From Oikopleura dioica (Eukaryota > Animalia > Chordata): a stretch of 64,000 nucleotides of DNA. This document shows positions 24,282 through 37,126 of the stretch, one piece after another; position 1 is the first letter of the stretch; each line of letters opens with the position of its first letter. The translations under genes were made by a program, and so were the position numbers. The DNA is taken from assembly GCA_907165135.1 (NCBI GenBank), contig OU015567.1, positions 3,348,001 to 3,412,000 of the forward strand, in the 5' to 3' direction. The notes under the pieces are model-generated. The model worked only from the letters and a program-made list of their open reading frames with translations, was not told where the DNA came from and did not search any database.

Positions 24282-24899
24282 CAACTCGCCAAAGAAAATG
24301 AACAAGAAAGCTCTATTTTCTTTCGAGAGAAATTTCTAGTGCTGATCCTTCTAGACGATTGCTTGGCCTCTGTTGTCTAGAATGTTATGTAAAGTAAGCT
24401 TAATTGAAACTAGAAATTTTTCGAAATCGAATCACGAAAATGGGCTTTAAGCAATTTTCATTGGCTAAGAAGATTTCTCAACCCTCCTCAAAAATATTAA
24501 CCCTTGTACTTCTGTACATGTGCTCTCGCTTGAAAAAGTAGTTATAATGAGTACAAGTATAATGATTTTTTTCGCGCTCAAACTTTTCTTTCTCCATTTA
24601 CATTTGACTGTGATGGCTTTTATGTGCTATCCTACTAATAAATAAAAACAAAAATAATAAACACTCGGTCCGTTTATTCAAAAAGCAAAAGTAAGAATCG
24701 CTTATCGAATTGAATTTTCATCTTTTTGGTTTCGTTTTTCTTTTATTCTAGTTTTCAACAAGGCTTCTGAAAAGTGGGCTGTTTTCGTTGAACTTCCAAA
24801 TTTTCTGCTTCGGCTCTCCATGAATCAATTTCAAAGGAACTTTTGGGTAGTCTTTTATCGGAAGAACTGTTCGATAAGACCCAAAGAAGTGAGGATGAG

Positions 24900-26000
24900 A
24901 GACGTCGTTTTTCTTGATTTTCAGGGCTTCTTCCGGTGCTGTTCTGTGCGTTTGCTTTTGGTAAAAACTGAATAAAATTAAGTGTAGATTAATTCAAAGA
25001 AAAGTTCATTTCCGTTCCTGTGTTTCTAACCGGCTCATCCAAGCAGCCATATCCGGTTGAGAAAGGACCGCTAAAAAGTCATCTAATAAAAATTTACAAA
25101 AATAATAATCAAAACCGAAATTATCAGAAGCTTTTCGTCTTCTTCTCCCGATCCTTCTTCCGTCAAGTGGAGCCTAAGAATGATGGAAAAAGGGATGAAA
25201 AATTGAAATTACCGGGAAATGTGTCTTTTCCGAAACTTTGACTCCCGATGGCTCGATGTTCACAAAGGGGCCCTTATCAAACACAGTCAGCTTCAAATTG
25301 CCTAAAACGAGAGAAAAAAGTACTTTTCGTCTTGTATCTCGCTCTCCGTCGTCCTTAAAAATCGGCTCTCCTCCGCCACCAAGATCGCTAGAACATGATT
25401 CCTCATTCCCTTCTTTATATCAAATTACCTCTTGAGAATCGGATGACAATCTTCTCCATTCAGTTTTCGTAAAAATTGCTCGTTAGATTTGCAAAACGGC
25501 CGAGTGTAATTTGGATTTCCGGAGCCGCTAGAATCAAATTAAAACCTCTCTGACAATCTATTCACGAAGAAAACCTTCCCCAAGGATGAAAAACCGGGTT
25601 AGTTCTTCTTCGATATTCCTTGCTCTCGCTGCGGCGCTGGATTTTCGCGTCCATTAGTCGTTTATTTTCTTCAACCGAATATCAAGGCTATTATTTTTGT
25701 AAGGTTACCTTCAAGAAGGTGGAGACCGAGGGAAACTTGATAAGGAGTTTTCTCCATATTATTCAAAGCTCTCCACTGTCGCTGCGTCACAAGCTTGCCA
25801 TCATGAAATCGAGGGGCTCCGTGCCCACTTGGGTCCAAATTAAAAGGGTAGATCGTCGGTCTCGTCTTATACTCTATTATTTGCTGAAAGAAGTCAACTT
25901 ATACCTTGGCAATCAAGGGGCAGTAACTATTATCCATTTTCAGCTCAAAAAATATTCATTAAAATTTTCTTTCTATAATCAAATTTGCTCTTGTCAATTG
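24900..26000 (-). CDS. Probable multi-exon gene, unknown product; boundaries approximate
   Basis: Spliceable pieces LKMDNSYCPLIAK|TRPTIYPFNLDPSGHGAPRFHDGKLVTQRQW...LHLLE| and NLKLTVFDKGPLCEHRAIG (weakly C2-like). Confidence 0.35.
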
Positions 26001-26153
26001 CTTATTGAAAAGGGGCGGTCCTATTTTGCGATCAGAAACTGAATACTACTCGACAAAAGAGCAAGTTCTATTACAAGGTAATCAAGCTTCATTTTCATGT
26101 ATTATTTTGAAAAGGACAGATAACATTTATTTTCGATATTAAATAACGTTTTT

Positions 26154-27280
26154 TTAGTTCAGCAAAGATCTGATATTGGTGATCTCTTTTTCTACATAGT
26201 CTTCGACATCTGCAGTCTTGACGGGCGTTGTTTCTGCTAATTGATACCACTTTTCAACTTTTTCGACTCCGCACTAGAAAAATGATGATGATCGCGTCCT
26301 TCTGAAAATCTAACCTTCCAGAAAAGATCGCACTCGAGATCCTTTTGAACCTTTCCGTCTTGAATGGTCTCCTTGAGTTCACAATCAAGAGTGAGCAAGG
26401 TACAGTTCTCTTCCTTTGGCGTAAGATTGAAATTTTCTGGCTTGGATTCACTAAATAAGGATGAACACAAGCATATCTGTTCGGTCTTACCATTTATCGA
26501 AGCCATGGTACTCGCCGTTGATTTTTACCATTTCAGCCCAGCAATTATCCGTTTCAAAGCTTTTGATTTTGCTCACTAGAAATCATAATCGTTGTTTTTA
26601 TGCAAATACTTACAGTCAAACAGCTGAATAGAGTCCTAAGAAATGGGTTCTAAGACCTGGTAAATAAGGAAATTTGAATAAAATAACGGATAAAAGTTAT
26701 CGAACCCTTCCTTAGAATATCCAGCATAATTGGTCATCTCGCCCGGTTGAATTTTGGTGATAGATTTGAGTCGTTTGTTGTTATTGTTGAAAACTCCAAG
26801 TGCCCAGTTTGAGTTGGAAGGTAATTCGGAGCGTTCAACCTCGCGAGATTTAATGACGTGTTTTTGGGAGTCATGGAGGAGTTTGATGTTGATGTATTTC
26901 ACCACTCTTTCATCCCTTAAATCATGAACAAAAATGAATGCAAGTGATATTGCAAACCAGAATTGCATTCCAAATCCTAAATTTCCATCTTTTCCCTCTC
27001 GTAATTTCTCTTCTGATGGAGGTTCAGTTACAGTCATCATTTCTAAAATAGCCTCATGAAAAGGTCTTGTGTCATGGATACAGTATCGAAAAAGCATACC
27101 TCCAGTTTCATCATTAAAAGCAATTTGAACTTGAGGCTCAAAATCGTCAGGCTGCATTGCAGAACACCCATCCGCTTCGCCAGAACATTGAGAGCAAGCC
27201 AAAATAGTCTCTAAAAATGACGTTTCCGATCGAAAATAAAAAAGATTCAAACCGTGTAAAAACAAGTAAAAAATTTTCAT
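26154..27280 (-). CDS. Multi-exon gene of unknown function; 5' end probably further upstream (~27700)
   Basis: 214-aa ORF with ACSQCSGEADGC; further exons QICLCSSLFSESKP...CDLFWKVRF and terminal ETTPVKTADVEDYVEKEITNIRSLLN* (stop 26154-26156). Confidence 0.5.
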
Positions 27281-28077
27281 CTTTGTTGTTCAAAACAAGC
27301 CTCGAAATGACGCTTTAGAGAAGAGCGGATACATATGTATTTCCTACAAACAATGAGCACACTAATAATTGATGGTCAAATCGTCAGAATTTCTTATTAT
27401 GAATTTTTTCGTTTTCCAAGCCACGATTCATTTCATTCATGATAACTCGCCCGTTTCTTTTGATCCCATCTTTCAGCGTTCTTATTTCGTCATCGTTATC
27501 ATTTTTCCTTCAAGTACCTTCTTACTTATCGTCATGCCCGGCGGCTGCTTCTACCGCATAGAACTTGAACGAATAACGAATCAGCATGCATACAATAATT
27601 TTTATGAAAAATGTTCCTTTCCATGTTTATCTTCCTAGAGAATCTCAATCTCAAGTTCTGCTGTGAAGTTCGCTTCTGACTTAGCCTTTGGGTTAATCGA
27701 TAGAAAGGGGGAATTTCCCGCGCGGTCACTCTGCGGTCATCGGCGGTCGAGCGAGCCGAGAGTTTCACTTTTCATTTTTTTTCTTTCAAAGAGAAAACTG
27801 CGAAAATCAGAGAAAATTCTTGTTTTCAATCTGTCGACTGCAATATAAATAATTTTCTGAAAGACGTTTTCTTTGAATTATAGGAGAGAAAAAAAAACGA
27901 AAGACAGACAGAAAATGTCTAAATTTATTCAGTATGCGAGCGCAGTCAGCTATAAATTATTAAATTTTTCTATTTACACTTGCAAGAATCAGCGGTTATT
28001 CATGGGATCCCCTCGACTTGAACAGTTTTTCCGGGACGAAAAAAAAAGAGAAAGATTTTAACTTGAACCGTTTCAGA

Positions 28078-28648
28078 ATGTCACAGAAAGATAGACTTTC
28101 CGCTGCTTACGAAGATGTTCGAACAGACGACTCAAATACCTGCTGGTTAGTCCATGAGAATTTCTCTTCATTGCCTTCCTTTTTTCTCGGTCCACAGCTT
28201 CTGATCCTATTTTCAGGGCGACATTCAGCAGTTCTGCTAAGGGGGTGAGCCCAGAAGCCTCCGGTGACAAGCTCGAAGATCTCATGAAGCAGTTCACAGG
28301 TAGACAAACTTATCATCCCCTCTTTATTCCTCTCTCTAGACTCGAATGTTCTCTTCGCTTTCTTCCGACTTACGACTGGAGACGCTCTGTCTGTCAGAAC
28401 AAAGTTTGCCTTCATGACTTGGATCGGAGAAAAAGGCTCGCCGATGTCAAAGGCCCGGGCGGGCCCGAACAAGCGCGTTATTCAACAAGTCATCACGGTA
28501 TGTTTTTTTATATGTGTTATTCTTTGAGCCATACTTCTAGAACTTTGCCTGGGAAGGAACTTTCTCTGAACTGAAAGAACTGGACCTGAAAGCGATCGAA
28601 ACCGAAGTGCGCCGAGCTGGTGGGGCCAATTACGACGCCCAAGCTTAG
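28078..28648 (+). CDS. COTL1: Coactosin-like protein (ADF-H domain)
   Basis: Spliced product MSQKDRLSAAYEDVRTDDSNTCWATF...LFAFFRLTTGDALSVRTKFAFMTWIGE...KARAG...NFA...EVRRAGGANYDAQA*, matching coactosin hallmarks; 3 GT-AG introns. Confidence 0.95.
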
Positions 28649-29873
28649 AAAAAAAAACAGTCACCATCCTTCAACCCCGAATCAAACCGAGCCTGAATGA
28701 TAATCATTACCAGATTTATTATCACTTTATCTATTTTTTCTTTAGCCTTTTCAACATTTGCAAAATTTGAAATAACTCCAAATAGGACACAATTTTTTCT
28801 TTATCTTCACAAGTTATTCTGTTACAGCGTCTTTCAGAAGAATCAAATGAATAAAACAATAAAATTTCAAATTTGACTTTACCAGTGAAAGAAATCGAGG
28901 AAATTGATCAGCGACAGGAATGCTTCTTTCATCTTTTCAACTGAAAATTTTTTACTTACTCATTTATTTTACATTTAATTGCATTTTCTAGGCGAGTTAG
29001 CGAAGTGACACCCTTAGTAAATCGCTCGAAGAGAGAGTCTAACTTTAACAATTGGGAATTCTATCCATCTGAGCGTCGAAATAAGGGTATCACCAGGCTA
29101 TTTTCGTTGAAAAACTGACCGATTTCCGCGGCGATCTCTTTGCTAAATTCCCTTGTCGCGAAAATAATGACATCCGATTTCGAATCGAGCTCCTCAGGAT
29201 CGTCATTTTCGTCTGGCCTTGAATCGAAAAAGAGATCATCCTCCTTTGGCTTCAGATTTCCTATCTCGATCTACCGGTTTTGACATCAATAACAAGGTGT
29301 AAGCGCTTATTACCTCGAGGATTTCTTTATCGTCATCTTGAATCTCATAATTGTCAAAATAATCGCCCGAATATTGAGTCTTACAAAAATCAAGGAAGAA
29401 AAGTAACAAAATCGCTTTCATTTTCAATTTTTTTTTCATGGAAAGAAATTTTTGGCTTGAGTGCGTTTTCTGAAGAGCACTTGCTGTGTTGCTTGAGAAT
29501 TTTTGCAGTGTTTGATAAGAGTATTCTTCGTCAAAAGATGAGCAAATTTAAACTTGTCCGACTTGATCAAAATTGCATTTCAAGAACTCTTTTGGCTACA
29601 TGGTTTCAATGAAAAAGCATACTGGCGCATAAATTAGTCTTTTGAAAAGCTGTCAAATAAATGCTTTCATCGTTAATTGCACTGTCGGAAAATAGGCGAT
29701 TTTCGATTTATGTCTTTATTTTTCAATAAAAGTAGAGGCAGAAAGAAATCAGTCTCTTTTACTTGCGGCAGGGTTGATGAATTACGACTGGTTGAATTTC
29801 AATGTTCAAAAAAGGGGTGCAAGAAATTCTGAGGAAAATGATTTTCCTAGAAGTCCGAAGAGGGGAAAATTTA

Positions 29874-30512
<639 letters not shown>

Positions 30513-31020
30513 TTACTGAAATTATTAAATCACAAAAATTTCTCAAAGCGGTAAGAAAAAACGGTTACCGGACGGGACTAAAAATTTAATCCTACTATCC
30601 TTACTAAAAAACAAACTCAGGAAAAATCGCATCTAGAAGATTTTAGAAGGAAAATAAGAGCGCCAAAATTGCTATGAAGGTGTATTTTCTTTCCAAAATC
30701 TTCTAGATCATCTAGAATTCGGGATATAATCGGGTATATTTTTGAGCAAAAATAACAACAGTAACCCTTTGGTGACATGAGTTCTATCGCAAAATATGCC
30801 TTTATTGCCTAAGAATAATGAAAATAATGAAAACAGATTTCCCGAAGAATTAATGACAATGTACATATATCGACGAAAAAAAGTCGTTTCGCCCTTTATT
30901 CATTCATATTTATTCTAATAAATCAATTAGAATCAGATCATTTTAATCTAGCGCCACCGAGGACGATATATACCCCTGATCGGTAGATTTTTGCTGCTAA
31001 AAAGAGAATATCAAAAAATC

Positions 31021-31263
31021 ATGAATATTTTTGCATTTCTTGTTGCTTTTTCAACAACAGGTAAGATTAAAAAGACTCAGGATGAAAGCAGACAAAAATA
31101 TATCCAGAAAATAAAAACTTGACTGTGGAATGTATTTATCCTCTTACAATCGTCTTTCTTAGGAAAATGCAGTCGCATTGAAAAAAGATCGGGACTAGCT
31201 GATCTTGTTTACATGGGGGAACTTCACGATCGAATTAATAACTTCTTCGGTAAGCCAAAATGA
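31021..31263 (+). CDS. Small secreted peptide precursor 1 (candidate amidated neuropeptide/hormone)
   Basis: Exon 31021-31060 + intron 31061-31162 + exon to TGA 31263: MNIFAFLVAFSTTGKCSRIE-KR-SGLADLVYMGELHDRINNFF-GK-PK*. Confidence 0.72.
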
Positions 31264-31870
31264 AATATCATCAATGATCAATTGCCAATTGTATCATGAA
31301 TCATGATTCAGATTCTAGCGCTCTAAAATTCGGAAATTTTTATGAAATTTGCCGATTAATTTCACAATTTTTAGCTTATTTATTTTGGAAAGCAAAATTT
31401 TTAAATAAAAAATAAAACTTTGAAAATGAAAATTTAAGCATTGAAAAAGAGGCTTCATCAAAAGTATAAAAACCGGCAAAAAAGAGAAAGGTTCGTCCAA
31501 AAGCTTCGCCGTCCGCGGTTATAAAGACACTGGAACATACAATGAGCTCAAAAACAGCATAATCGCGTTTATAAAATCGCACAAGATCTTAGAGCAATTT
31601 AGAGAAGTCCCGAAATCCTGGCAAACGGAACGACTTTGAAGTGAATTTTTATTGATTTTTATTTTACTGTCTTCTTTCTTTTCAAAATTCTATCGGAATA
31701 AAAAATTAAAATCAGTTGTCGAGTTCTTTTTCGTTCAATTAGTTATTCTAAGTAAATCTTTTCTTGATGGCACAATCAGTCATTTCTAATGATTTAATGA
31801 TTTTAATGATGTTATAAAAAGAAGTGCCAAAGTTTGAGGAAGACGAAAACAGAGCACTGCTAAGATAAAA

Positions 31871-32078
31871 ATGAATATTTTTTCTTTTATAATTACATTA
31901 TCGACAACAGGTAACAATTCCTAAAAACAAAGAAAAAAAACTATGTCCACTTATTTTTCTCATGTGATTGAAACCTTATTAAAAGGAAGATGCTTTCCTT
32001 TTGAAAAGAGCCCAGCTTATTGATCTTGTTCACATGGGGGAAATGTTTGATGCACTCAATAGTTTCTATGGTAAGTGA
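31871..32078 (+). CDS. Small secreted peptide precursor 2 (paralog of 31021 gene)
   Basis: 40-nt first exon MNIFSFIITLSTT with the same phase-1 intron; with acceptor at 31989 reads DAFLL-KR-AQLIDLVHMGEMFDALNSFY-GK*. Confidence 0.65.
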
Positions 32079-33181
32079 GAAAAACTACTCTTTGCTTGCT
32101 TAACACTTCAGATTTCAAATACAGACTTTTGCAAGAGTACAAAAAACAACAAAAAGAGAAATTGCGATCAAAACCTTTGTGAAAATTCACTGGCATTGTC
32201 AATAAAACAGAAAATTCTATAAAAGAAAAATATAGAGATAAACTTTTGTAATGAACAAATTCCGTTATGAGGAAGGAAAATTGCTCTTCAAGCAATTTTC
32301 AGTGATCTTCCAAGGACGAGGCTCGGGGTCCTCCGGGCCCTCGCGCGACAATCTTAGCTCGCGCTCCGTGGCGCCTCTTTTCGGGGGGTCCTGCAGGACT
32401 CTGCTAATTTTCGACGCTTTTCGCGCCGATCTTTTCTACCCCCACTATGACTTTTTCTAACGATTTATATGGCCTTTAGAAAACTTAATAAATATGTCCG
32501 ATATATCATTCGAATCCATAAGTCACGAGCTAATCAGTGAAATAAAAATTATGAATAAAAACCTTGTTTTGCTAAATAATATTTTTACTATAAACAGTAC
32601 TCCCTCATTTCTGAGTTAAAATAATATCATTTTCTCATTGTATCCTTTCTACTAACCTGAAGTTACAGTAGCTTTCGATCCAAAAATAAAAATGTGCGTA
32701 TCGAGTCGATCTGGTTTCTGCGTTTGCGGGGTGAATTCAAGCTCTTCCTCGGTGCTGCCCTTGCCGTTACGCTTGTTCGAGCTGATGATTGGCCAGGGCA
32801 GCTAATTGCGTGGGTGCTCGGGCTACTTTCGGCTCGGGAACGGACTCGAGAAGCGAGGGAAACGAAGCTGCCAAACCGCCCACGCCGCTCTAACTTCGGC
32901 AACGAGCACGGCCGTAGCTAACGAGGCGAGGAGGGGGTCTGCAGGAATCCCCCGCGCGGCGAGCCCTGGGCTTACAAGGCGAACATGTTTTATAGAAAAA
33001 TATCAAAAGAATTATGCGAATGAATGAAATAAACTCAATTGCGCTATTTTTTCGGTTTAGCTTTTCAAAAGCCAATTCGAATTCCATTGGAAGATATCGT
33101 TTATTATCGATAAGTTGATAGCGAACACTCTGCAAAAGCTGACAGTGATAAGAAGGAAAGACAGATAAACCGTGATGAACT

Positions 33182-34295
33182 TCATATCCAGTTTCTCTCC
33201 TCTGCTTCTTGAACATCTACTCTCTGTTGTTTGATGGATTCTATTGAGCTTTCGGAGTAAATCGGCGTCACTTCTTTCAGCAAATTCTGCTGATCACTTG
33301 GAGTGGAGCCTTTTCTGTAGCTCTCCTTATTTATCAGTTATTTTTGTTGCATGAAATCGACTTACCTCCTCTTCTTCCGGTGCGTTTTTAACTCTTGTAA
33401 TGCCCTCGACAAGCAGCAAGACCATGTTGATCGTTGCTAGAATTCCGACGGGCAAGGCGATGTAAAAACATGTTCCCTGGCGAAACTTGAAATCATCGCT
33501 GGAAAAAACCGCTCCTCCTCCACTGCTGGATCTTCTGCTTATTGAGTGGGAGGGATAAGAAGGCATAGGAACTGCAACTTGGGAGTCAAAGTACAGTTCG
33601 CGCTCGTATTCGTCAGAAACGACGTCGGATAAAAGACCTTTTGAAAGGCATAAATATCAAAGAAATGAAAAAATTGAATCCTCATCGTCGGTCGATGATG
33701 GGCTTGCTTTGTCTTATTTATGCTCTTTCCTATCATCATCCACCAGAAAACAATTCCAAAGAGCGCAATAATGCCCCCAGCTAGAACTAACCACGCTTTT
33801 GTCTTTTCGTTTTCCAGTATTTTCAAATATTGTCCTCCGTAAAATGAAAGAGTCCAACTAAGAAAAATAATCAAAAATGGCCAACTAACAACAATAATCA
33901 AAAACAGCCAACTGAAACCCTCACCTGATCCAAATAAAAGTCGCAGAAAGAACTGAACAAAGCTGAAGCCCTTGAATCGATTTCATCGAAAAGTGCCCGT
34001 TGAAGGAATAATACGCGCATTGCCACTGAGATTCCATTCTTGTGAGGCATTGAGTCCAGAAACCTTTGAAAACTCGAACATCCCCGAGAAGGGATGAGCT
34101 TTCATGTAAATCCGTCTCGACCCAATATGGAAAAACTATCAACAATGCCATACCAATCGCGGCCAAAAGCCCCAGCAGCGAGTTGAACGCCCAAAAAGAC
34201 GAGAACTCATCTTCATCTTCTTCTTCGTCGTACTCTGTCGAGTAGTTTGGGTTAATGATATTCTCCGAAGAATGCGATTTCGCGCGATTTGACAT
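33182..34295 (-). CDS. Claudin/PMP22-superfamily tetraspan protein
   Basis: TM1 (FNSLLGLLAAIGMALLIVFPYW), signature GFWTQC...WQC in ECL1, TM2-3, TM4 preceded by FRQGTCFYIAL, cytoplasmic tail ending ERNWI*. Confidence 0.8.
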
Positions 34296-34566
34296 TTTCT
34301 CTGATGCAAAATGCTCGCCGCGTTTACGAGCGCGTTTAGCGAACGCAAACAATAACGGAAATCATTTGCAAATATAATATTTGCATTTTTTCGTGGTTTT
34401 CTAGCGCTGACCATTCATCGATAATGCTGCTCGATTTCTTCTTATCATCCAATTTAGAGTAAAAATTTAGGTTTGCACTTGTTTATTAATGATATTTATT
34501 GCACAGAAAATGAATATATTTAGATTTTAAAATGATAATAGCCTAAAATTCATGCCTCTTTTTCGA

Positions 34567-36007
34567 TTATTTCTTCAGAAGAGGTTGTGTCTGGCTGCTT
34601 TCTTTCGGTTTCTTGAACGCGAAATACGAGTAGACCAAACTTCCAGCGACGGAGATATTGATTCCCATAAAATTGAGCATTGAAAATTGATAGTCGTGTC
34701 CAAACACCATTCCGAAATAGGTGACGAACAGGTTTTTCATGCATCCGACTACAGTGGTTGTCAAACTGCTGTTGTTTTGCGTGCAAAGGATGATGGAGTA
34801 CATGAGGATGAAGCCCATAAAGCAGGATGCGAAGAATTGAATGATGAACATTGGATTGTTCCATTCCGAGAAAGAAGAGACTTTTTCGAAATCGCCCTTT
34901 GAGAAGGAGATCAGGAGCACCAGAGGAAGACTAAAAATGAATGGTGATTTCAATGAAAATTTGAAGAAAAATGGATCATCAAAATTCTTTGAGCGCGAAA
35001 AATCGCGGCAAAAGTGTGAAAAAAATTTCCCTCACATTTCGCCTAGCAAGAAATAGTCTTTCGAAAATACCTGCAAAGAGAGTTGTAATACATCAGTCCA
35101 TATTTCCCCAAGTCCTTTCCGTTCAATTTCTTCTTCGTGAAAACACCATAAGAAGCCGTGAAAAAATCATTCAAGAGAATAAAGCAATAAGCAGCCAGGT
35201 CAAAAGCGAGATCATCAAGAGCAGCAACGAGGGCTCCACCAATCATGATGGCGATGGCGATGATGATTGGTCGTCTGGCCTCGTTTTTGAGGATGAACCA
35301 CTCGAGAATCATCGTCATGAGGATCGAAAATCGTCGGAGAACCGTGAACATTGGCAGTGACAAGCTCTAGAATAGAGGCTGAAAAGAGGGAGAGCTAAGA
35401 GAAAATGAGTACCTGTGTGGACATAAGGCCGAAAATCATATTTGCCAGGTATAATAGCGGCAGTGGAAAGATTTCCTTTACAACTTTTATTGAATGATCT
35501 GGAAAGTCGATCTGAAATATAAGTTGTTATTATCAAGTAAATTAAAAAAAAATCTGACCTTTTTGATGAGTTTGAGAAATGACAGGACGATGATAGCTGC
35601 TGTCATTTGGCCGCATCCGAGCAGCTCGGGAGATGGGAACGAGTAGATTGAGAGGACGGATTTGTTAACAAACACGATGAGAATAGAGCTATTTCGAGGA
35701 TGAGAATATTTCCTCGTGGAAAAAAAGTTCTTTTATTGGAAGAATTTCCGCTTTGTTCAACCTTTTCCTGATAGCATAAAAAAGGGCAGAGCCAATTTTC
35801 GCGCTTGTTGAAGGACTTTCTTTTTGGTCAACACAAATTTAATTCGCTTTTGCTTATCAATGATAAAAGCCTGAAACAAGATAAGGCCCTCGTAAAAGTT
35901 CGCATCTAATTGATAAAATTTAACCATAAACTTTCATTTTCTGACTCTATCTCTAAAAGATGCTCATTCTCTGAGTCAATTTCGGAGTCTGAATTTCTAT
36001 CTCTCAT
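34567..36007 (-). CDS. SLC35D: UDP-sugar transporter, SLC35D1/D2 (fringe-connection)-like
   Basis: ALFYAISSILIVFVNKSVL, SLPMFTVLRRFSILMT, LNDFFTASYGVFTKKKL..DLGKYGLMYYNSL, CTQNNSSLTTTVVGCMKN, GINISVAGSLVYSY; start at 36007 is a by-eye estimate. Confidence 0.9.
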
Positions 36008-36841
36008 TTTTTATGATGAAAATAGCCAAGAAAATTCAAGAAACTCTTGAATTCAATTCTGAAATTTGAACGAACTCAAAATAAAATGACATTGTCGGAT
36101 CCGGGTTTTGACTAGACACAGATTATTGAATCAAGGAGCTATTGTTCTATTTTTTTTAGTTTTCACTTTATTGGACATTACTTGGAAAAAAGTATTCTGA
36201 AAAAAAGTTCCTGAAGATCCATTTTGCTATTTTAGCAATAAATCTTCAAAGAACCCTCAAGAGCCACCGTGAAAATATCGCCACCGCTTTCTTGCCAAAT
36301 TTCCATTTTAATCCTATTATCACTTTCTATTATCATTTCTGACCAAGTTCCTTTTATGAAGTTCCTCCATTTTGATTAGTTTTTATTCAGAGTTTTCGTT
36401 CAACAAAATTTCATCAGTTTTTTCTCTTTCTTTTCAGTTTTGGGTTGTGTTTGTATTCTCAATCGTTAAATCGGAAAAAGTCTCGTAAAATGAGCCCGCT
36501 TGTTTCCGCGAAAAAGAGCTTTAAAAAGTTGACAATTTTGAAATATTGAAATTTGATTATGATGAGAAACGAAGGGTTGAGAGCGCTAGAACAGAAATCT
36601 AAACGTGCCTGCCTCGTGAAAATACCACCAGACGAATCCGCCTCCGGGCAGTAGTGAGATACTTTATCAGTGTTTCGCTGCGCCGGTGCACCGGGGATTT
36701 TGATTTAGAGCGGCAGATACCACTGGATTAGGTACGTTACACACTTCCGAATGAATGAAGTATCCTTCGATAAAAAAATAGCTGTCATTGCCGAATCTTT
36801 CTTTTCAAATAAAAACTTTGAAAAATCACTTTTTGAATAAT

Positions 36842-37126
36842 TTATTTGATCTCAACTTTGAATGAGAGCTTGTGGTCCTTCAAGAAGACAATCTCATGAG
36901 CCAAGCTTACAGCCAAAACAGACAAATATACAGTCACAAAGACGATGGCCATGCCAATGAAGCATCGAATCGTGTGGAAGAGGATAAAGGAGAAGAGGAG
37001 ATCGTGCCAGAATCGTTTCAGTCGAAGGGATTTGATCACATTCTCGGTTTCTCGGGCGAGTTCGTAGAGGACGAGCAGGAGGAATAAAGCACCGACGATG
37101 ATGTTTTTCACCTTAAAATTATTCAA
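36842..37126 (-). CDS. Exon of a small hydrophobic membrane protein, unknown
   Basis: 94-aa ORF with several hydrophobic segments; no family recognised. Confidence 0.35.
   Translation of the reverse strand: MNNFKVKNIIVGALFLLLVLYELARETENVIKSLRLKRFWHDLLFSFILFHTIRCFIGMAIVFVTVYLSVLAVSLAHEIVFLKDHKLSFKVEIK

Noticed and set aside
28850-29439. Signal-peptide-like ORF (MKAILLLFFLDFCKTQ...) on the minus strand
   Set aside because: Could be a small secreted gene, but no unique consistent splice model could be built
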